Below are positions 10,712 to 21,599 of a stretch of 64,000 nucleotides of DNA, piece by piece (position 1 is the first letter of the stretch; the number at the start of each line of letters is the position of its first letter). Source of the DNA: a candidate division FCPU426 bacterium. Lineage in GTDB: Bacteria > Oederibacteriota > Muellerivitia > Muellerivitales > Muellerivitaceae. The notes beneath the pieces are model-generated. The model ran no database searches and was not told where the DNA came from. It saw only the letters and a list, made by a program, of their open reading frames with translations. The translations under genes and the position numbers were made by a program. Where the stretch lies: assembly GCA_963771075.1 (NCBI GenBank), contig CAVYSE010000018.1, forward strand, positions 192,001-256,000, read 5' to 3'.

Positions 10712-10778
10712 GAAGGCTCCTTGGGATTTTGGTTAGTCATGATAGTGAGGGGTGACCCGGGTCTCAAGGCTCGGCCGC

Positions 10779-10967
10779 TCAATTCAAACCGAGGGGCTGG
10801 GTCTGGAAGTAGCGGTCGAAATATCGGGGGACGGTCCTGCCTGGGGACCTATCGGATTGCGTGTTCACCCCGCCTTTCCATTCCCGAAGTAGGGCCTTTA
10901 GTTCGATGGGGGCGGTGGCTTCAAAATCCTCCCTCGTAGATTGTTCCTTCGTTTGGATCTCGTTCAT
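10779..10967 (-). CDS. Small hypothetical protein
   Basis: 62 aa ORF with AAGGGGG RBS-like sequence upstream; co-oriented with the quinone reductase gene. Confidence 0.4.
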   Translation of the reverse strand: MNEIQTKEQSTREDFEATAPIELKALLREWKGGVNTQSDRSPGRTVPRYFDRYFQTQPLGLN

Positions 10968-11204
10968 ATTTTCCCCCTTTTGGAAGCTGAGACGGTTCGG
11001 GTTGGGAATCAGTACTTTTGCCCTTGGGGAAACCTAAGAATCCAACTGACAAATATCAACGGATCGTAAAAAGGGGGTATTCATAAGGAATAATAAGGCG
11101 ATTTGAACGAATTAATGGCTGCAACTTTTTAAATGGGATGTTCGTCTTATTTAACGGGAAGTAAAAGATCCCAAATTCAAATTGAAGTCACTTGGAGGAC
11201 TCAA

Positions 11205-11423
11205 ATGAAAAAGTTCATGGTTGCTTTGATGGCAGTGTTGTTCCTCGGCAGCACCGGCATGGTTTTCGCCGATGATGCGCCGGCCGCCGCTACTACGCCC
11301 GTTGCTAAGACGATGAAGGCGAAGAAGCACGTCAAGAAAATGAAGAAAGCGAAGAAAGAAGCCGCTGCCGCTGCCGCTCCCGCTGCTCCTGCCGCCGCTT
11401 CGACGACTCCTGCCGCGAAGTAA
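11205..11423 (+). CDS. Small secreted Ala/Lys-rich protein (acid-shock-protein-like)
   Basis: GGAGG RBS, signal peptide MKKFMVALMAVLFLG...VFA, KAKKHVKKMKKAKK; followed by terminator. Confidence 0.75.
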   Translation: MKKFMVALMAVLFLGSTGMVFADDAPAAATTPVAKTMKAKKHVKKMKKAKKEAAAAAAPAAPAAASTTPAAK

Positions 11424-11439
11424 GCTTTTCCGTACAGCG

Positions 11440-11502
11440 GGGAAGGCCCGGAAGGGCCTTCCCCAAGCCTCCGCCCCTTCGGGGAGCGGGGGCTTTTTTA
11501 TT
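11440..11502 (+). terminator. Tandem hairpins / intrinsic terminator
   Basis: GGGAAGGCCC-GGAA-GGGCCTTCCC, then AAGCCTCCGC...GCGGGGGCTTTTTT. Confidence 0.75.
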
Positions 11503-11825
11503 TTCAGATACCTTCCTTTGAATTTATCCAAATCTATGTTTCGATGAACAACCCACGATAAAAATTATATTTTCGTTAAGTATAAAATTTCCCGGAGCAA
11601 GATAACGATTTTAGTAAGAGCGCCTATTCAATGATTTGATTTTATGAAAGGTTTTCTCCCTCCGATTTTTGGAAACGTTTTCAAATCTTCATCGTTTCTA
11701 TACGCCATCTTTACTGCATCTTTACCGGATTAAAAAATATTAAACGGTAATCTTAATTCAGACGAGACGCTTCCTTTTCCACCTAACTTTTCCGAAATCG
11801 ATTACAAACGACTCGAGGTTGTTGA

Positions 11826-14800
11826 ATGGCAGTTATTGGTAATCTCACGCGGGTCGTTCATCCGCTCATTTCCGATTTAATAAAGGAAGCCTTTAAACGC
11901 TCGTGCCTGGTTGTTTTCGTTTTTTTGTTTGCCCTCTTCATTCCATCCCTCTCGAGAGCGCAGGTTTGGCCGAACGGTTGTTTTACCAGCGGCACCGCCG
12001 ATTGGACGTCGGTCGCCAACGCTGGCCCCACCGCTACCGCGGGGGGCGCGGCTGTCCAGGGCGGCGCCCCCGCCAATGGGGACTGCATGCCGCAGATCCT
12101 TCCCGTGAGCAATACCACCGTCTATCCGGGTCAAGCGGCGGCAGGCACGGCCCCCAACACCGCGGGGCGGCTTCCCATGGTCCCCGCCGGACAGACCACG
12201 GCCATCCAGCTCTTTTCAGGCCATGGGGATTCCGGGCCCGGGGACTGGGCTCGGGTTTGCCAGACGGCGACCGTTCCCACCGACGGGAATACCTGCCTGA
12301 CCTTCGACTTGGCCGCCGTCATCGAGAATTATCATTATGAACAAGCCGTTTTATGCGGCGGGAACGATCAAAACGGCGACGCGTTCCTGGAGGTTCGGGT
12401 CCTCCTGGGGACGGCCAATTGTCCCGACCAGCCTTCCCCCCTCCCGGTCCTGGACGATATCGTCATCAACTGGACCTATCTGGTGGGAAGCGGGTTGATC
12501 CAGTATTCAGGTGTGGTGGGAAACAACGCGGGGTCTTTCGGGGCCGCGACGGGATGCGTCATCAACCCCGCGGCACAAAATTGCGGGGCGAACGCCCCGG
12601 TGAGTTGGGGGTTTTTGCCCTGGACCCAATATTCCATGAACCTTTGTAAATACGCCGGGCAAAACATCACCCTGGAGGTCACCCAATATGACTGCAACGA
12701 GGGGGGCCACTACGGCTGGGGTTATTTCGACTGCCCGACCTGGACTTCCTGCGCGCCCGCTTCCATCACCTTGACCAAATCCAACAACCCCACCGGCCAG
12801 GTCAGCGAGGGCCAAACCATTACCTATACCCTCAGCTACAAGAACAACAGCACGAGTTATACGGATGGGGTGGTGATCTACGATAGCATCCCCACGGGGA
12901 CGGGCTATGTTTCGGGGTCCCAGGCCAGTTCGCCCTATATGCCGGAAACTTTCACCATGCCCGCCGCCATTGGCCGGGGCGGCGGCTCCGTTTCGTTGGT
13001 GGGTTGGGACATCGGCTACTTGAGCGCAGGTGCCTCCGGGACCCTTTCCTTTGAGGTGACCGTAGGGGCCTTGCCTGTGGGTGCCTGCGAGGAAGTTCTG
13101 GTGAACCGGGCCTCGGAGACCGATTTGCTCACCTGCTATTTAACCCAGGGACTCCTGACCTCCAATGCCGTCACTAATATCGTTGGGTCCACCTGCACCC
13201 CGACACCCTCGGTTACACCCACGCCCACCAAGACGCCCACCAAAACCCCCACCCCTACCCTCACGCCGACCAATACTCCCACGCCCACCCCCACCCGTAC
13301 CCCGACCAACACCCCGACGAATACTCCTACACCGACCCCCACCCAAACTCCAACCAATACCCCAACACCTACCCCAACGAACACCCCTACGCCTACCCCA
13401 ACGCCGACCAACACACCTACGAATACTCCCACTCCGACTCCGACCATTACGCCGACCATTACTCCTACGATGACACCCACTTCCACGCCAACTAATACTC
13501 CAACGACGACCCCGACGAACACCCTCACAAATACCCCGACCCCGACAAATACGCCTACGTCCACCCCCACTCCCACCCCCACCCATACACCGACGAATAC
13601 TCCCACAACCACCCCCACCCTCACGCCTACCAACACCCCGACGAACACCCCCACTCAAACCCCCACCAATACTCCAACGAATACGCCCACCCCCACACCC
13701 TCGAATACTCCCACGCCTACGCCCACTTATACCCCCACGAATACACCCACGAATACGATGACTCCAACCTCCACGCCGACCCCGACCGTGACCTATACCT
13801 ATACCCTAACGCCCACCTTCACTTGGACGCCCGTTTTTACTACCACTCCCACACCCAGTCCGACCGTGACTTCTACAAATACTTTTACCTCTACCTGGAC
13901 CGCTACGAACACCGATACCGTCACCCCGACCTCGACCCCTTCCCCGACCCCGACCGTGACCTGGACTTCAACTTATACAAATACCCCGACCCATACCCTC
14001 ACTTCGACATTGACCTGGACCTCTACGATGACCCCTTCTTCCACCTTTACTCCCACCCCCACCCCGACCCTCACCTCCACCCTCACTCCCTCGAATACTT
14101 TCACAACGACCCCCTCTTGGACTTTGACGGAAACATTCACCTTCACGGCTACGGCCACTTCCACGAATACGCCCACAATCACCTGGACATCATCTTTCAC
14201 GTCCACCCCAACCCATAGTCCAACCTCGACTTCCACTTGGACACCGACCGTGACCTATACCGCTACACCCACCCTTACCGCGACCCACACTCCGACCTTG
14301 ACCTGGACCCAAACCCCGACGAATACCTTGACGATCACTTGGACCCACACTTCAACACCCACGCCTACTTTCACTGCCACCTCGACGAATACCCCCACGG
14401 CCACGACGACCTGGACGCCGACGATGACCGCCACGGGGACTTCGACTTCAACCGGCACGGCCAGCCCGACGGTCACCCCGACCTCGACCCCGACCGCCAC
14501 TTCCACGGGCACCTTTACCCTGACCCCGACCATCACCCTCACGCCCCTCACTCTTTTCTCCAAGCAGGCTTCCACCTCCCTGGCCACCTCGGGGAATACG
14601 GTCAATTTCCAGTTGAACCTGGTTCTTCCGGTGGCCTTGCCCGCCGGGGCCGTCATCACGGACCAGCTTCCCGCCGACGTGACCTTTTCCGCTTTCTTGC
14701 AAAGCCCCTCCGGCACGGCCGCCGCCCAGTCGGGTTCGAACCTCACCTGGACCCTGCCCGATCTTGTCCCGGGTACCTACGCCCTGAACTACTCGGTGGT

Positions 14801-15809
14801 CCTGAAGAACTTCCTTCCCAATGGGGAAAAACTGGTCAACCAGGCGCAAATCCAATCCCCTTCGCTCCCGCCGCTCTCGACCGCCGCCACCGTTATGGTC
14901 AATGGGCAGTACTCCATCCAGTTGGGTGTTTATAACGAGGCGGGGGAATTGATTTACAGCTTCCCGGCCACCCAGATGACCCAGGCCGTCCCGTCGCTCC
15001 AGGCCCCCGCCACGCTCATCCAGGTCATCGGGGATACGGTGAAGATCTACACCGACGGGGTACTCCTGGGCCAATGGAGCGGCACCACGAATTCGGGGAC
15101 ACCGGCCACCAACGGCACCTACTTCATCCAGGCGACCAGTGTCGCCAACCAGGGTTCGGTACGGTCCACCGCGCTTCCGGTGGAGGTGGACTGGTCCTTT
15201 TCGACGGTCTCGGTGCAGGTATTCAATGAGGCGGGGGAGGTGGTCCGAAACATCTACACCACCTTGACGGCCCCGGTGAGCGCGCAAATGTCGTCCGTGG
15301 TCCTGTCCAACAGCTCCTTGAACCCCTACTCGGGCTCCCCCCAAACCGACCAGACGGTCCTCACCGTCACCGATACCCGGGGTGGCGCCGTGAGCCTCGC
15401 CTGGGACGGGAGGTCCGATAACGGCTCGGTGGTGACGGCAGGGCAGTACCTCCTCTCCGTGCGTTGGACGAACGGGACGGGTGGCGAACAGGTCATCACC
15501 AAGGTCCTCACCGTCATGGATAACGGCGGCCCCTCCGGGCTCATCGCGGCCCGCCCGAATATCCTCAAGGGGGAGGGCGCCAGCACCCTTTTCGTTTCGA
15601 GCCAGCCGGGTTTGAACGTCCATGTCCAGGTTTACGACCTGGCCGGGGAACTGGTCTACGCGGCCACCGGCGGCCCCGGAACGAGCGAGGCGGGGTGGAC
15701 GCCGGGCCGGCTGACGGCCAGCGGGTATTACCTGGCGGTGGTGGAATTGACCGACGGTTCCGGGAACCGGATCGGGCGCCAGACCCTGAAGCTGGCCGTG
15801 GTTCATTAA
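11826..15809 (+). CDS. Large secreted Cys-rich protein with DUF11-like domains, ~470-aa Thr/Pro linker and tandem FlgD-like C-terminal domains
   Basis: 1327 aa; ITLTKS...ITYTLSY; repeated YNEAGE/FNEAGE/YDLAGE modules; ends KLAVVH. Confidence 0.8.
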   Translation: MAVIGNLTRVVHPLISDLIKEAFKRSCLVVFVFLFALFIPSLSRAQVWPNGCFTSGTADWTSVANAGPTATAGGAAVQGGAPANGDCMPQILPVSNTTVYPGQAAAGTAPNTAGRLPMVPAGQTTAIQLFSGHGDSGPGDWARVCQTATVPTDGNTCLTFDLAAVIENYHYEQAVLCGGNDQNGDAFLEVRVLLGTANCPDQPSPLPVLDDIVINWTYLVGSGLIQYSGVVGNNAGSFGAATGCVINPAAQNCGANAPVSWGFLPWTQYSMNLCKYAGQNITLEVTQYDCNEGGHYGWGYFDCPTWTSCAPASITLTKSNNPTGQVSEGQTITYTLSYKNNSTSYTDGVVIYDSIPTGTGYVSGSQASSPYMPETFTMPAAIGRGGGSVSLVGWDIGYLSAGASGTLSFEVTVGALPVGACEEVLVNRASETDLLTCYLTQGLLTSNAVTNIVGSTCTPTPSVTPTPTKTPTKTPTPTLTPTNTPTPTPTRTPTNTPTNTPTPTPTQTPTNTPTPTPTNTPTPTPTPTNTPTNTPTPTPTITPTITPTMTPTSTPTNTPTTTPTNTLTNTPTPTNTPTSTPTPTPTHTPTNTPTTTPTLTPTNTPTNTPTQTPTNTPTNTPTPTPSNTPTPTPTYTPTNTPTNTMTPTSTPTPTVTYTYTLTPTFTWTPVFTTTPTPSPTVTSTNTFTSTWTATNTDTVTPTSTPSPTPTVTWTSTYTNTPTHTLTSTLTWTSTMTPSSTFTPTPTPTLTSTLTPSNTFTTTPSWTLTETFTFTATATSTNTPTITWTSSFTSTPTHSPTSTSTWTPTVTYTATPTLTATHTPTLTWTQTPTNTLTITWTHTSTPTPTFTATSTNTPTATTTWTPTMTATGTSTSTGTASPTVTPTSTPTATSTGTFTLTPTITLTPLTLFSKQASTSLATSGNTVNFQLNLVLPVALPAGAVITDQLPADVTFSAFLQSPSGTAAAQSGSNLTWTLPDLVPGTYALNYSVVLKNFLPNGEKLVNQAQIQSPSLPPLSTAATVMVNGQYSIQLGVYNEAGELIYSFPATQMTQAVPSLQAPATLIQVIGDTVKIYTDGVLLGQWSGTTNSGTPATNGTYFIQATSVANQGSVRSTALPVEVDWSFSTVSVQVFNEAGEVVRNIYTTLTAPVSAQMSSVVLSNSSLNPYSGSPQTDQTVLTVTDTRGGAVSLAWDGRSDNGSVVTAGQYLLSVRWTNGTGGEQVITKVLTVMDNGGPSGLIAARPNILKGEGASTLFVSSQPGLNVHVQVYDLAGELVYAATGGPGTSEAGWTPGRLTASGYYLAVVELTDGSGNRIGRQTLKLAVVH
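13190..14545 (+). repeat. Degenerate ACN/CCN coding repeat (Thr-Pro-Thr-Asn/Ser linker)
   Basis: Long C/A-rich tract encoding TPTNTPT/TxT repeats. Confidence 0.9.
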
Positions 15810-15831
15810 AGTGATCGTCGAAGGAGCCGGT

Positions 15832-15996
15832 ATGGAAAACCAAATGGGACAAAGTGGGGACGGCTCCAGAACCGATCTGGGCTTGGACAAACTCTACGAG
15901 GAACTTGTCTATTCCGTCGCCAAGGAAATCGAGTTGGAACGCCAAAAAATCTCGATGAATCCCCTCGAGCAGAAGGGTCTTTTACCACCTTCCTGA
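15832..15996 (+). CDS. Small hypothetical protein
   Basis: AAGGAG RBS then ATG; 54 aa helical-looking ORF. Confidence 0.4.
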   Translation: MENQMGQSGDGSRTDLGLDKLYEELVYSVAKEIELERQKISMNPLEQKGLLPPS

Positions 15997-16229
15997 TTTT
16001 TCGTGAAGGTTCGTTGTTCCAAGGAAAAAACTGAATTTCGGCCTTCCCTATTCCCTGAAACCCCTTTTATCCCTTCATTTGGTCCGAATCAAAGAAAATC
16101 CATTCTCCGGGGAAGGCAAAGGTTATACCGATTCTTTACTGGAACGGGTGCGAGTCTCCTGTGAATCTATGAGGCCGTATTTATAATGCGGTCTGAGATA
16201 TCGAAATCCGCGGTTATGGGGTTTGAGCG

Positions 16230-17384
16230 ATGAGAGTTTTGCCGAGTGATCCGCCGATAGGGTTGGCTGGGAAATTCGTTGGTTTTCTGGGGATGGTTTG
16301 GGCCACCGCGTCCCTGTGCCTGGGCCAATGTCCCGATAACCCGATATTCACCCCCACTTCCTGGAGCGATCATAACGGAAGCGCCACCTCCGGCTCCCCC
16401 TACACGGTGGTGGGTCAGGGGTCGAATAGTGCCGGGCAATTCTCCGAAAGCGGTTACGCCGATTTGACGACCGGGGTGGGAAACGGCCAGATCCTGGCCG
16501 AAGTGGTGGCCATCACGGGAACGATGTCCACGGGTTCGGCCGCCGGCATTTTCATCCGCAGTGATGTCACTCCCGGTTCGGACGGCCCCCTGCTGTGGAT
16601 CGACGGGCCGCTCAGCCAGTTTTACCAATTCGACGCCCGGATCAACGACGGGGGCCTCACCGAAATTCAATCCGGTTCCTGCGTCCTCCCCTATTGGCTC
16701 CGGCTCCAGAACTCGGGTAATGTTTTTTATCCCTCGGTCTCCACCAACGGGTCCAGTTGGGCCGCCTTGCCGGCCCTGGATTTGAGTTCCGATCCCCGCT
16801 TTTCCGCCGGCACCACCCTCGCCTACGGATTGTTTGCCTGGAGCGGAAGCAACTCAGGCTCCACCACCGCTGTTTTCGACAACCTCTGCTTCAACGACTC
16901 TTTCACCCCCTATCCCACCCTAACCCCAGCCATGACCCCCACTTCGACTCTCACGCCCAACACGACCCCCACCCCATCCCCCACCCCGACTGTTTCCCCA
17001 AGCTTGACCCCCACGATGACGGGGTCTCCTCTTTTAACCGCCACCTGGACCCCATCCCCCACCCTGACCGACACCCCTCTAACCTCCAACTATCCCACGC
17101 CAACCCCCACCCCGGGCCTCAAGGTCTGGCCCAACCCCTTCACCCCCCAGCTGCCTTCCAACAACACGGCCCATTTTTCCCTCCCTTCCTCCCACGGATC
17201 CGGCAGCGTCCTGATCGCCGATTTGTGGAGAAGACAGGTTCGGTCCGTTCATTTCCAGGCGGGGGTGGATGTCCAATGGGATGGGAGGGACAACAACGGA
17301 AATATCGTCACCTCGGGGGTTTACCTCTACCTGCTTGAATCCGATGGCGGGGTGAGCCGGGGAACCGTTACAGTAATGCGATGA
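16230..17384 (+). CDS. Secreted beta-sandwich protein with Thr/Pro linker and T9SS-like CTD
   Basis: LPYWLRLQNSGN...STNGSSW LamG/DUF1349-like motif; CTD VWPNPFTP...WDGRDNNG...SGVYLY. Confidence 0.8.
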   Translation: MRVLPSDPPIGLAGKFVGFLGMVWATASLCLGQCPDNPIFTPTSWSDHNGSATSGSPYTVVGQGSNSAGQFSESGYADLTTGVGNGQILAEVVAITGTMSTGSAAGIFIRSDVTPGSDGPLLWIDGPLSQFYQFDARINDGGLTEIQSGSCVLPYWLRLQNSGNVFYPSVSTNGSSWAALPALDLSSDPRFSAGTTLAYGLFAWSGSNSGSTTAVFDNLCFNDSFTPYPTLTPAMTPTSTLTPNTTPTPSPTPTVSPSLTPTMTGSPLLTATWTPSPTLTDTPLTSNYPTPTPTPGLKVWPNPFTPQLPSNNTAHFSLPSSHGSGSVLIADLWRRQVRSVHFQAGVDVQWDGRDNNGNIVTSGVYLYLLESDGGVSRGTVTVMR

Positions 17385-19194
17385 ATCAAAAGCCGATATA
17401 TAAAAACAGGGTCGATCCCCACCTATCGACGAGTCTTTGCGTTTTAATGATGGCTTTGAGCCCTCTCGTTTCGGCGCAATCGGCATTTTTAGATTTCAGC
17501 ACTCCCGCCCGGGAAGCCGCCCTGGGGGGAACGGGGTGGCCCTTCCCGAGGGCACTTCCAGCCTGGCTTTCAACCCGGCTGGACTGGGGGATGACGCCAT
17601 TTTCAAGGTCTCCGCCCGGTACGAAAACCTTTTTTCAGGGATCGGCGGGGATGACCTCTCCACAGGGAACCTGTCGGCGGTCTTTCCCCTGGAAACCGGG
17701 GACGGCCTGGGTTTTTCCCTGGACCATTTCGGATCGAATAATCTGGAGCAAGACCGTTTGCAGGCGGCCTTCGGGAAAAGTTTCGGGTCCGATTCACCTT
17801 TAAAGCCCCTGAAGTTGGGAATCCAATTGTCCTACCTGCGCGAGCAGTTCACCCTCTCGGCCCCCCTGGCCGGTATCAACCCCGGTAATCTTTCCTCCGG
17901 AGCTTTCTCCGTGGGGGCCGGGGCCCTCCTCGAGGCATTTACCTGGGCGACCCTGGGGATTTCCGCCGAGAACCTGAACCAGCCCAACCTGGGGGTCGTT
18001 GGAGTGGATGAGGTGCCCCTCTTTTTGCGCTACGGCGTCGCGGCGCGTCCCCCCGTGGGATCGGACCGGCTTTCCCTTACCTTCGCCCAATCCCTCAGCC
18101 AAGGGAACCTGGACAGCCAGGGGGGCGCCGAGTGGGTTTTCACCGATTGGGGGGTGGCCCTGCGGGTGGGGGGCGACGCCAACATGGGCGTGGTGGGGTT
18201 CGGCTGGGAAAACGACGGATTGTCCATCGATTACGCCTATCAATTTTCCTGGAACCAGGCCCCCTCCCTGGGCGGGGTGGGATTGCCGGAAAGCCACCTC
18301 TTGGAAGTGGGTTTCGCCTGGGAAAATCCCCCGAAGGGGGAGGACCGGCTGTTCGCCAAGCTGGTTTCCCAGGCCCAGCGGGCCCAGGGGGATCAGAGGT
18401 GGAAGGAGGCCTACTGGGATTACCAGGAGGCCAGCCTCCTGAAACCCGCCGATCCCTTGGTCATCCAGGAGCGCGCCACGGCCTTGAAACAATACAATCT
18501 CCAACGCGCGGATTCTTTTTACCAGGCGGGGAAGCAAGCCGAGGGTCAGGGCTATTTCGTCGAGGCCCAGCGCAATTACGAGTGGGCGGTTTCCCTGGCC
18601 CCGGCCATGCGCTCCTACGCCGAGGCGAGGGACCGGGTGAAAAAGGCCATCACCCAGGGAGCCCTGGGCGACCCCAAGGTGCGGGACCTGCTGGAAAAAG
18701 CGGTGGCTTTGGTGAAATTGAACGACGCCAGGGACGCGATGAAAAAAATCAAGGAAGCCCTGGCCCTCTATCCCGGGGACGCCTTTCTCCAATTCGTGGA
18801 AAGGGCCTTCACACCCAAGGCCGCCACAGCGACCGAGAAGGAGGACAAAAAGCTCCAGCAATTGGCGGCTGAAGCCGAGATTTTCCGGGGCAAGGGCCGC
18901 ATCGACTTGGCCCGGGAGGCCTGGCAGGAAATGCTCAAGAAGGACCCGGCCAACTCCCTGGCCAAGGAAAACCTCTCGCAAACCGAGGCGGGCGGTTCGG
19001 CCCCGGTCCTGACCGAGGCCCAGAAAAACCAGGTTCAGGGCCTGCTTCAAAGCGGAGTCAAGGCCTACGCCGATGGGGATACGGAGTCGGCCGTGAGGGA
19101 TTGGGAGGAGGCGCTCCAGGTCGACCCTCAAAACGTGAACGCCTTGAACAACCTGACGCGCGTCAAGATGGAAGAGGGGGAGGGCAAGAAATGA
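17381..19194 (+). CDS. PorV/PorP-like outer-membrane barrel fused to TPR repeats; one-base frameshift at G6 run 17524-17529
   Basis: Frame A gives signal peptide + AREAALGG; frame B continues GNGVALPEGTSSLAFNPAGL (PorV/FadL-like), barrel end IDYAY...HLLEVGFAW, then TPRs. Confidence 0.72.
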
Positions 19195-20591
19195 GGCTCA
19201 CGACCCGTTTTTCCCTCAGCCATAGCCTGGTGGTCGTGGTGGCGCTGACCGTGAGCTTCTTCCTGGTCTATGGGGGGGCGCGGCTGCTTTACCTTCGGCA
19301 GGCGAGGGTTTCTCAAAGCCAGGAACTTTCCGATTTCGTCCTGGCCGCCCGGGAATCCCTGATCCAGCACGAGGATGTGGCGGTGTTGAATTTCATGAAG
19401 TCCGCGATCCGCCACCCGACCCTGGCCTATGTGGCCTTTACCAACCCCACCACCGGCACCTCGGTGGTCCTGCCTCCCGAATACCAAAAGGAAACATTCA
19501 CGGCTCCTGAAGCCGGGAAGGAATCCCCCCTCCGGCTGAAACGCAGGGGACTGGAAGTGCAGGAATGGGCGGACTCTATCCCCTTGGGGGGAGGGGGGAT
19601 GGGACGGGTATGGCTGGGCTATTCACTGCCGGCCATGGAAAAGGACCTGAGGGATCAGACCTCCCGGTGGATGAATTTGGAGATGGAAGCGGGGGCGGCC
19701 GCGCTTTTAGCGGGGTTGTTGGTGTCCCTGATCCTGGGCCGGCAAATGGCGGCGCCCTTGAAAAAGATCCGGGAAGGCACGCACCTGGTGCGGGAAGGCC
19801 GGTTGGGATCGCTAGTGGAGGTGAAAAGGCGGGATGAGATCGGGGATCTGGCGAGGGATTTCAACGCCATGGTGCGCCAGCTCAAGGAACTGGACGAGAT
19901 GAAACGGGATTTCATGGCGGGCGTCACCCATGACCTGGGCACGCCCCTGCACGCCATCCGCAGCGCCATCAACTACCTCCAGGCCGGGGACGCCGGGCCC
20001 CTGACGGAAAAACAATCCGAGTACCTGCTGATGGTCTCCAACAGCACCGCCCACCTGACCGCCTTCATCAACAACCTCCTGACCACCGCCCGCATCGAAG
20101 CCGCCAAGGTGGACCCCTACCCGGAACCGGTGGACGTCTTCGCCCATGTGAAGGAACTGGTGGACCTCTACCAGTCCCAGGCTGCCGAGAACGGGGTCCA
20201 ATTGACGCTGGTCAAGAAGACCCATTACATCTCACTCGTCGCGGATGTGACCATGTTCCGCCAAATCGTCCTGAACCTGCTGTCCAACGCGGTCAAGTTC
20301 ACCCCGAAAGGGGAAGTGGAGGTGATTCTCGCGGAGGAAGAGGGGAACTTCATCCTGCAAGTCAAGGATACGGGCATCGGCATCGATGCCACCCAGCAAA
20401 AGCTGATCTTCGACAAGTTTTATCGGGTCCACCAGCCGCCGGGGATGCCCGCCCGGCAGGGAAGCGGCCTGGGCCTGACCATCGTCAAGGGCCTGGCCGA
20501 GGCGCACGGCGGCCGGGTGGAAGTCAGAAGCGAATTAGGGAAGGGCAGTGATTTCAAGGTGATCCTGCCCAAGCAACCGGGGCGGGCCTGA
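19191..20591 (+). CDS. HAMP-domain sensor histidine kinase
   Basis: Two TM helices, HAMP (DEIGDLARDFNAM), H-box THDLGTPL, NLLSNAVKFT, DTGIG, GSGLGL; ATGA overlap with upstream gene. Confidence 0.93.
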   Translation: MRLTTRFSLSHSLVVVVALTVSFFLVYGGARLLYLRQARVSQSQELSDFVLAARESLIQHEDVAVLNFMKSAIRHPTLAYVAFTNPTTGTSVVLPPEYQKETFTAPEAGKESPLRLKRRGLEVQEWADSIPLGGGGMGRVWLGYSLPAMEKDLRDQTSRWMNLEMEAGAAALLAGLLVSLILGRQMAAPLKKIREGTHLVREGRLGSLVEVKRRDEIGDLARDFNAMVRQLKELDEMKRDFMAGVTHDLGTPLHAIRSAINYLQAGDAGPLTEKQSEYLLMVSNSTAHLTAFINNLLTTARIEAAKVDPYPEPVDVFAHVKELVDLYQSQAAENGVQLTLVKKTHYISLVADVTMFRQIVLNLLSNAVKFTPKGEVEVILAEEEGNFILQVKDTGIGIDATQQKLIFDKFYRVHQPPGMPARQGSGLGLTIVKGLAEAHGGRVEVRSELGKGSDFKVILPKQPGRA

Positions 20592-20616
20592 CCCGCCCTT
20601 CAATGAAGAAGGAGAT

Positions 20617-21309
20617 ATGAAACAACCATCGATTTTGATGATTGAGGACGATCCAACCGTTTCCACCGTGACTCGGGACCTCTTTATAAAGGAGGGGTAC
20701 GAGGTGAAGGGTGTTTCCAGGGCCTTGGACGGCTGGGACGCCCTGCAAAAGGGTGATTTTGACCTGCTGGTGCTCGATTTGGGGCTGCCCGACATGGATG
20801 GGTTAGAACTTTGCGCCAAGATCAAGAAGGACCCGGTCAAGGGAGCCATTCCCATCTTCATCCTGACGGCCTTGGGTTCCTCGGAAGACACGGTCAAGGG
20901 GCTGGAGGCGGGGGCAGAGGATTACCTTTCCAAACCTTTCAATGAGCGGGAATTCCTGGCCCGGGCCCGGGCGATTCTCAGGCGCCGGGAACCCTTGTTA
21001 AGGAAGGAAGAGGAGATCATTTCGGGCGCGATCCGGCTCTCCATTAATTCCCATGAGGCCTGGCGGGGGAAAGAACCCGTCCAGCTCACCCTTCGGGAAT
21101 TTGACATCCTCAAGGTTTTTCTGGCCAACCCCGGTAAGAGCCTGACTCGGGAGGAAATCGTCAAGATGGCCTGGGGGCCCAACACGACCATTGTGCCCAA
21201 GGTGGTGGATGTGCATATGGGCCACTTGAGGGCCAAGTTGGGACCGGAGGGGAAGCGGATCGCGACTGTTCCGCAGGTTGGGTACAAACTGGTGCCTCCC
21301 AAGGCTTAA
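20617..21309 (+). CDS. OmpR/PhoB-family response regulator
   Basis: IEDD, LDLGLPDMDG, GAEDYLSKPF, LTLREF, VVDVHMGHLRAKL. Confidence 0.95.
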   Translation: MKQPSILMIEDDPTVSTVTRDLFIKEGYEVKGVSRALDGWDALQKGDFDLLVLDLGLPDMDGLELCAKIKKDPVKGAIPIFILTALGSSEDTVKGLEAGAEDYLSKPFNEREFLARARAILRRREPLLRKEEEIISGAIRLSINSHEAWRGKEPVQLTLREFDILKVFLANPGKSLTREEIVKMAWGPNTTIVPKVVDVHMGHLRAKLGPEGKRIATVPQVGYKLVPPKA

Positions 21310-21329
21310 AGACGTAAGGTGAAATGTTT

Positions 21330-21510
21330 TTCTCCTTCTCCCCTACGAGGGAGAAGGTTGGGATGAGGGGGAAGGGTGTAAGTAAAACACCCCTCACCCT
21401 ATCCCATATTTCCCTTTTGGGGATATAAAAAGGACATATGGGACCATACCGACCTCCATAAAAGCTAACTCAATGGAAGGTCGGCATACCCTCTCCCTCA
21501 AGGGGAGAGG
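21330..21510. repeat. REP-like palindromic element with nested insert
   Basis: CCTTCTCCC-N-GGGAGAAGGTTGGGATGAGGGG facing CCCCTCACCCT...ACCCTCTCCC-N-GGGAGAGG. Confidence 0.55.
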
Positions 21511-21599
21511 TTTCGTTTTATATGTGTTTGCCGATGGTAGGTTTCTGGTTGAAAATTTAGCTATAATCCCACCCTCCAAATAGCCTCGAAGGGAAAACC

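Noticed and set aside
11010..11060. c-di-GMP-type riboswitch near a GAAA tetraloop hairpin (also GGCAAA at ~16116)
   Set aside because: Remaining consensus elements not found
13136..14746. Val/Gly-rich antisense ORFs (also 3753-4040, 8487-8675, 63297-63971)
   Set aside because: Shadows of ACN/CCN Thr/Pro codons on the opposite strand
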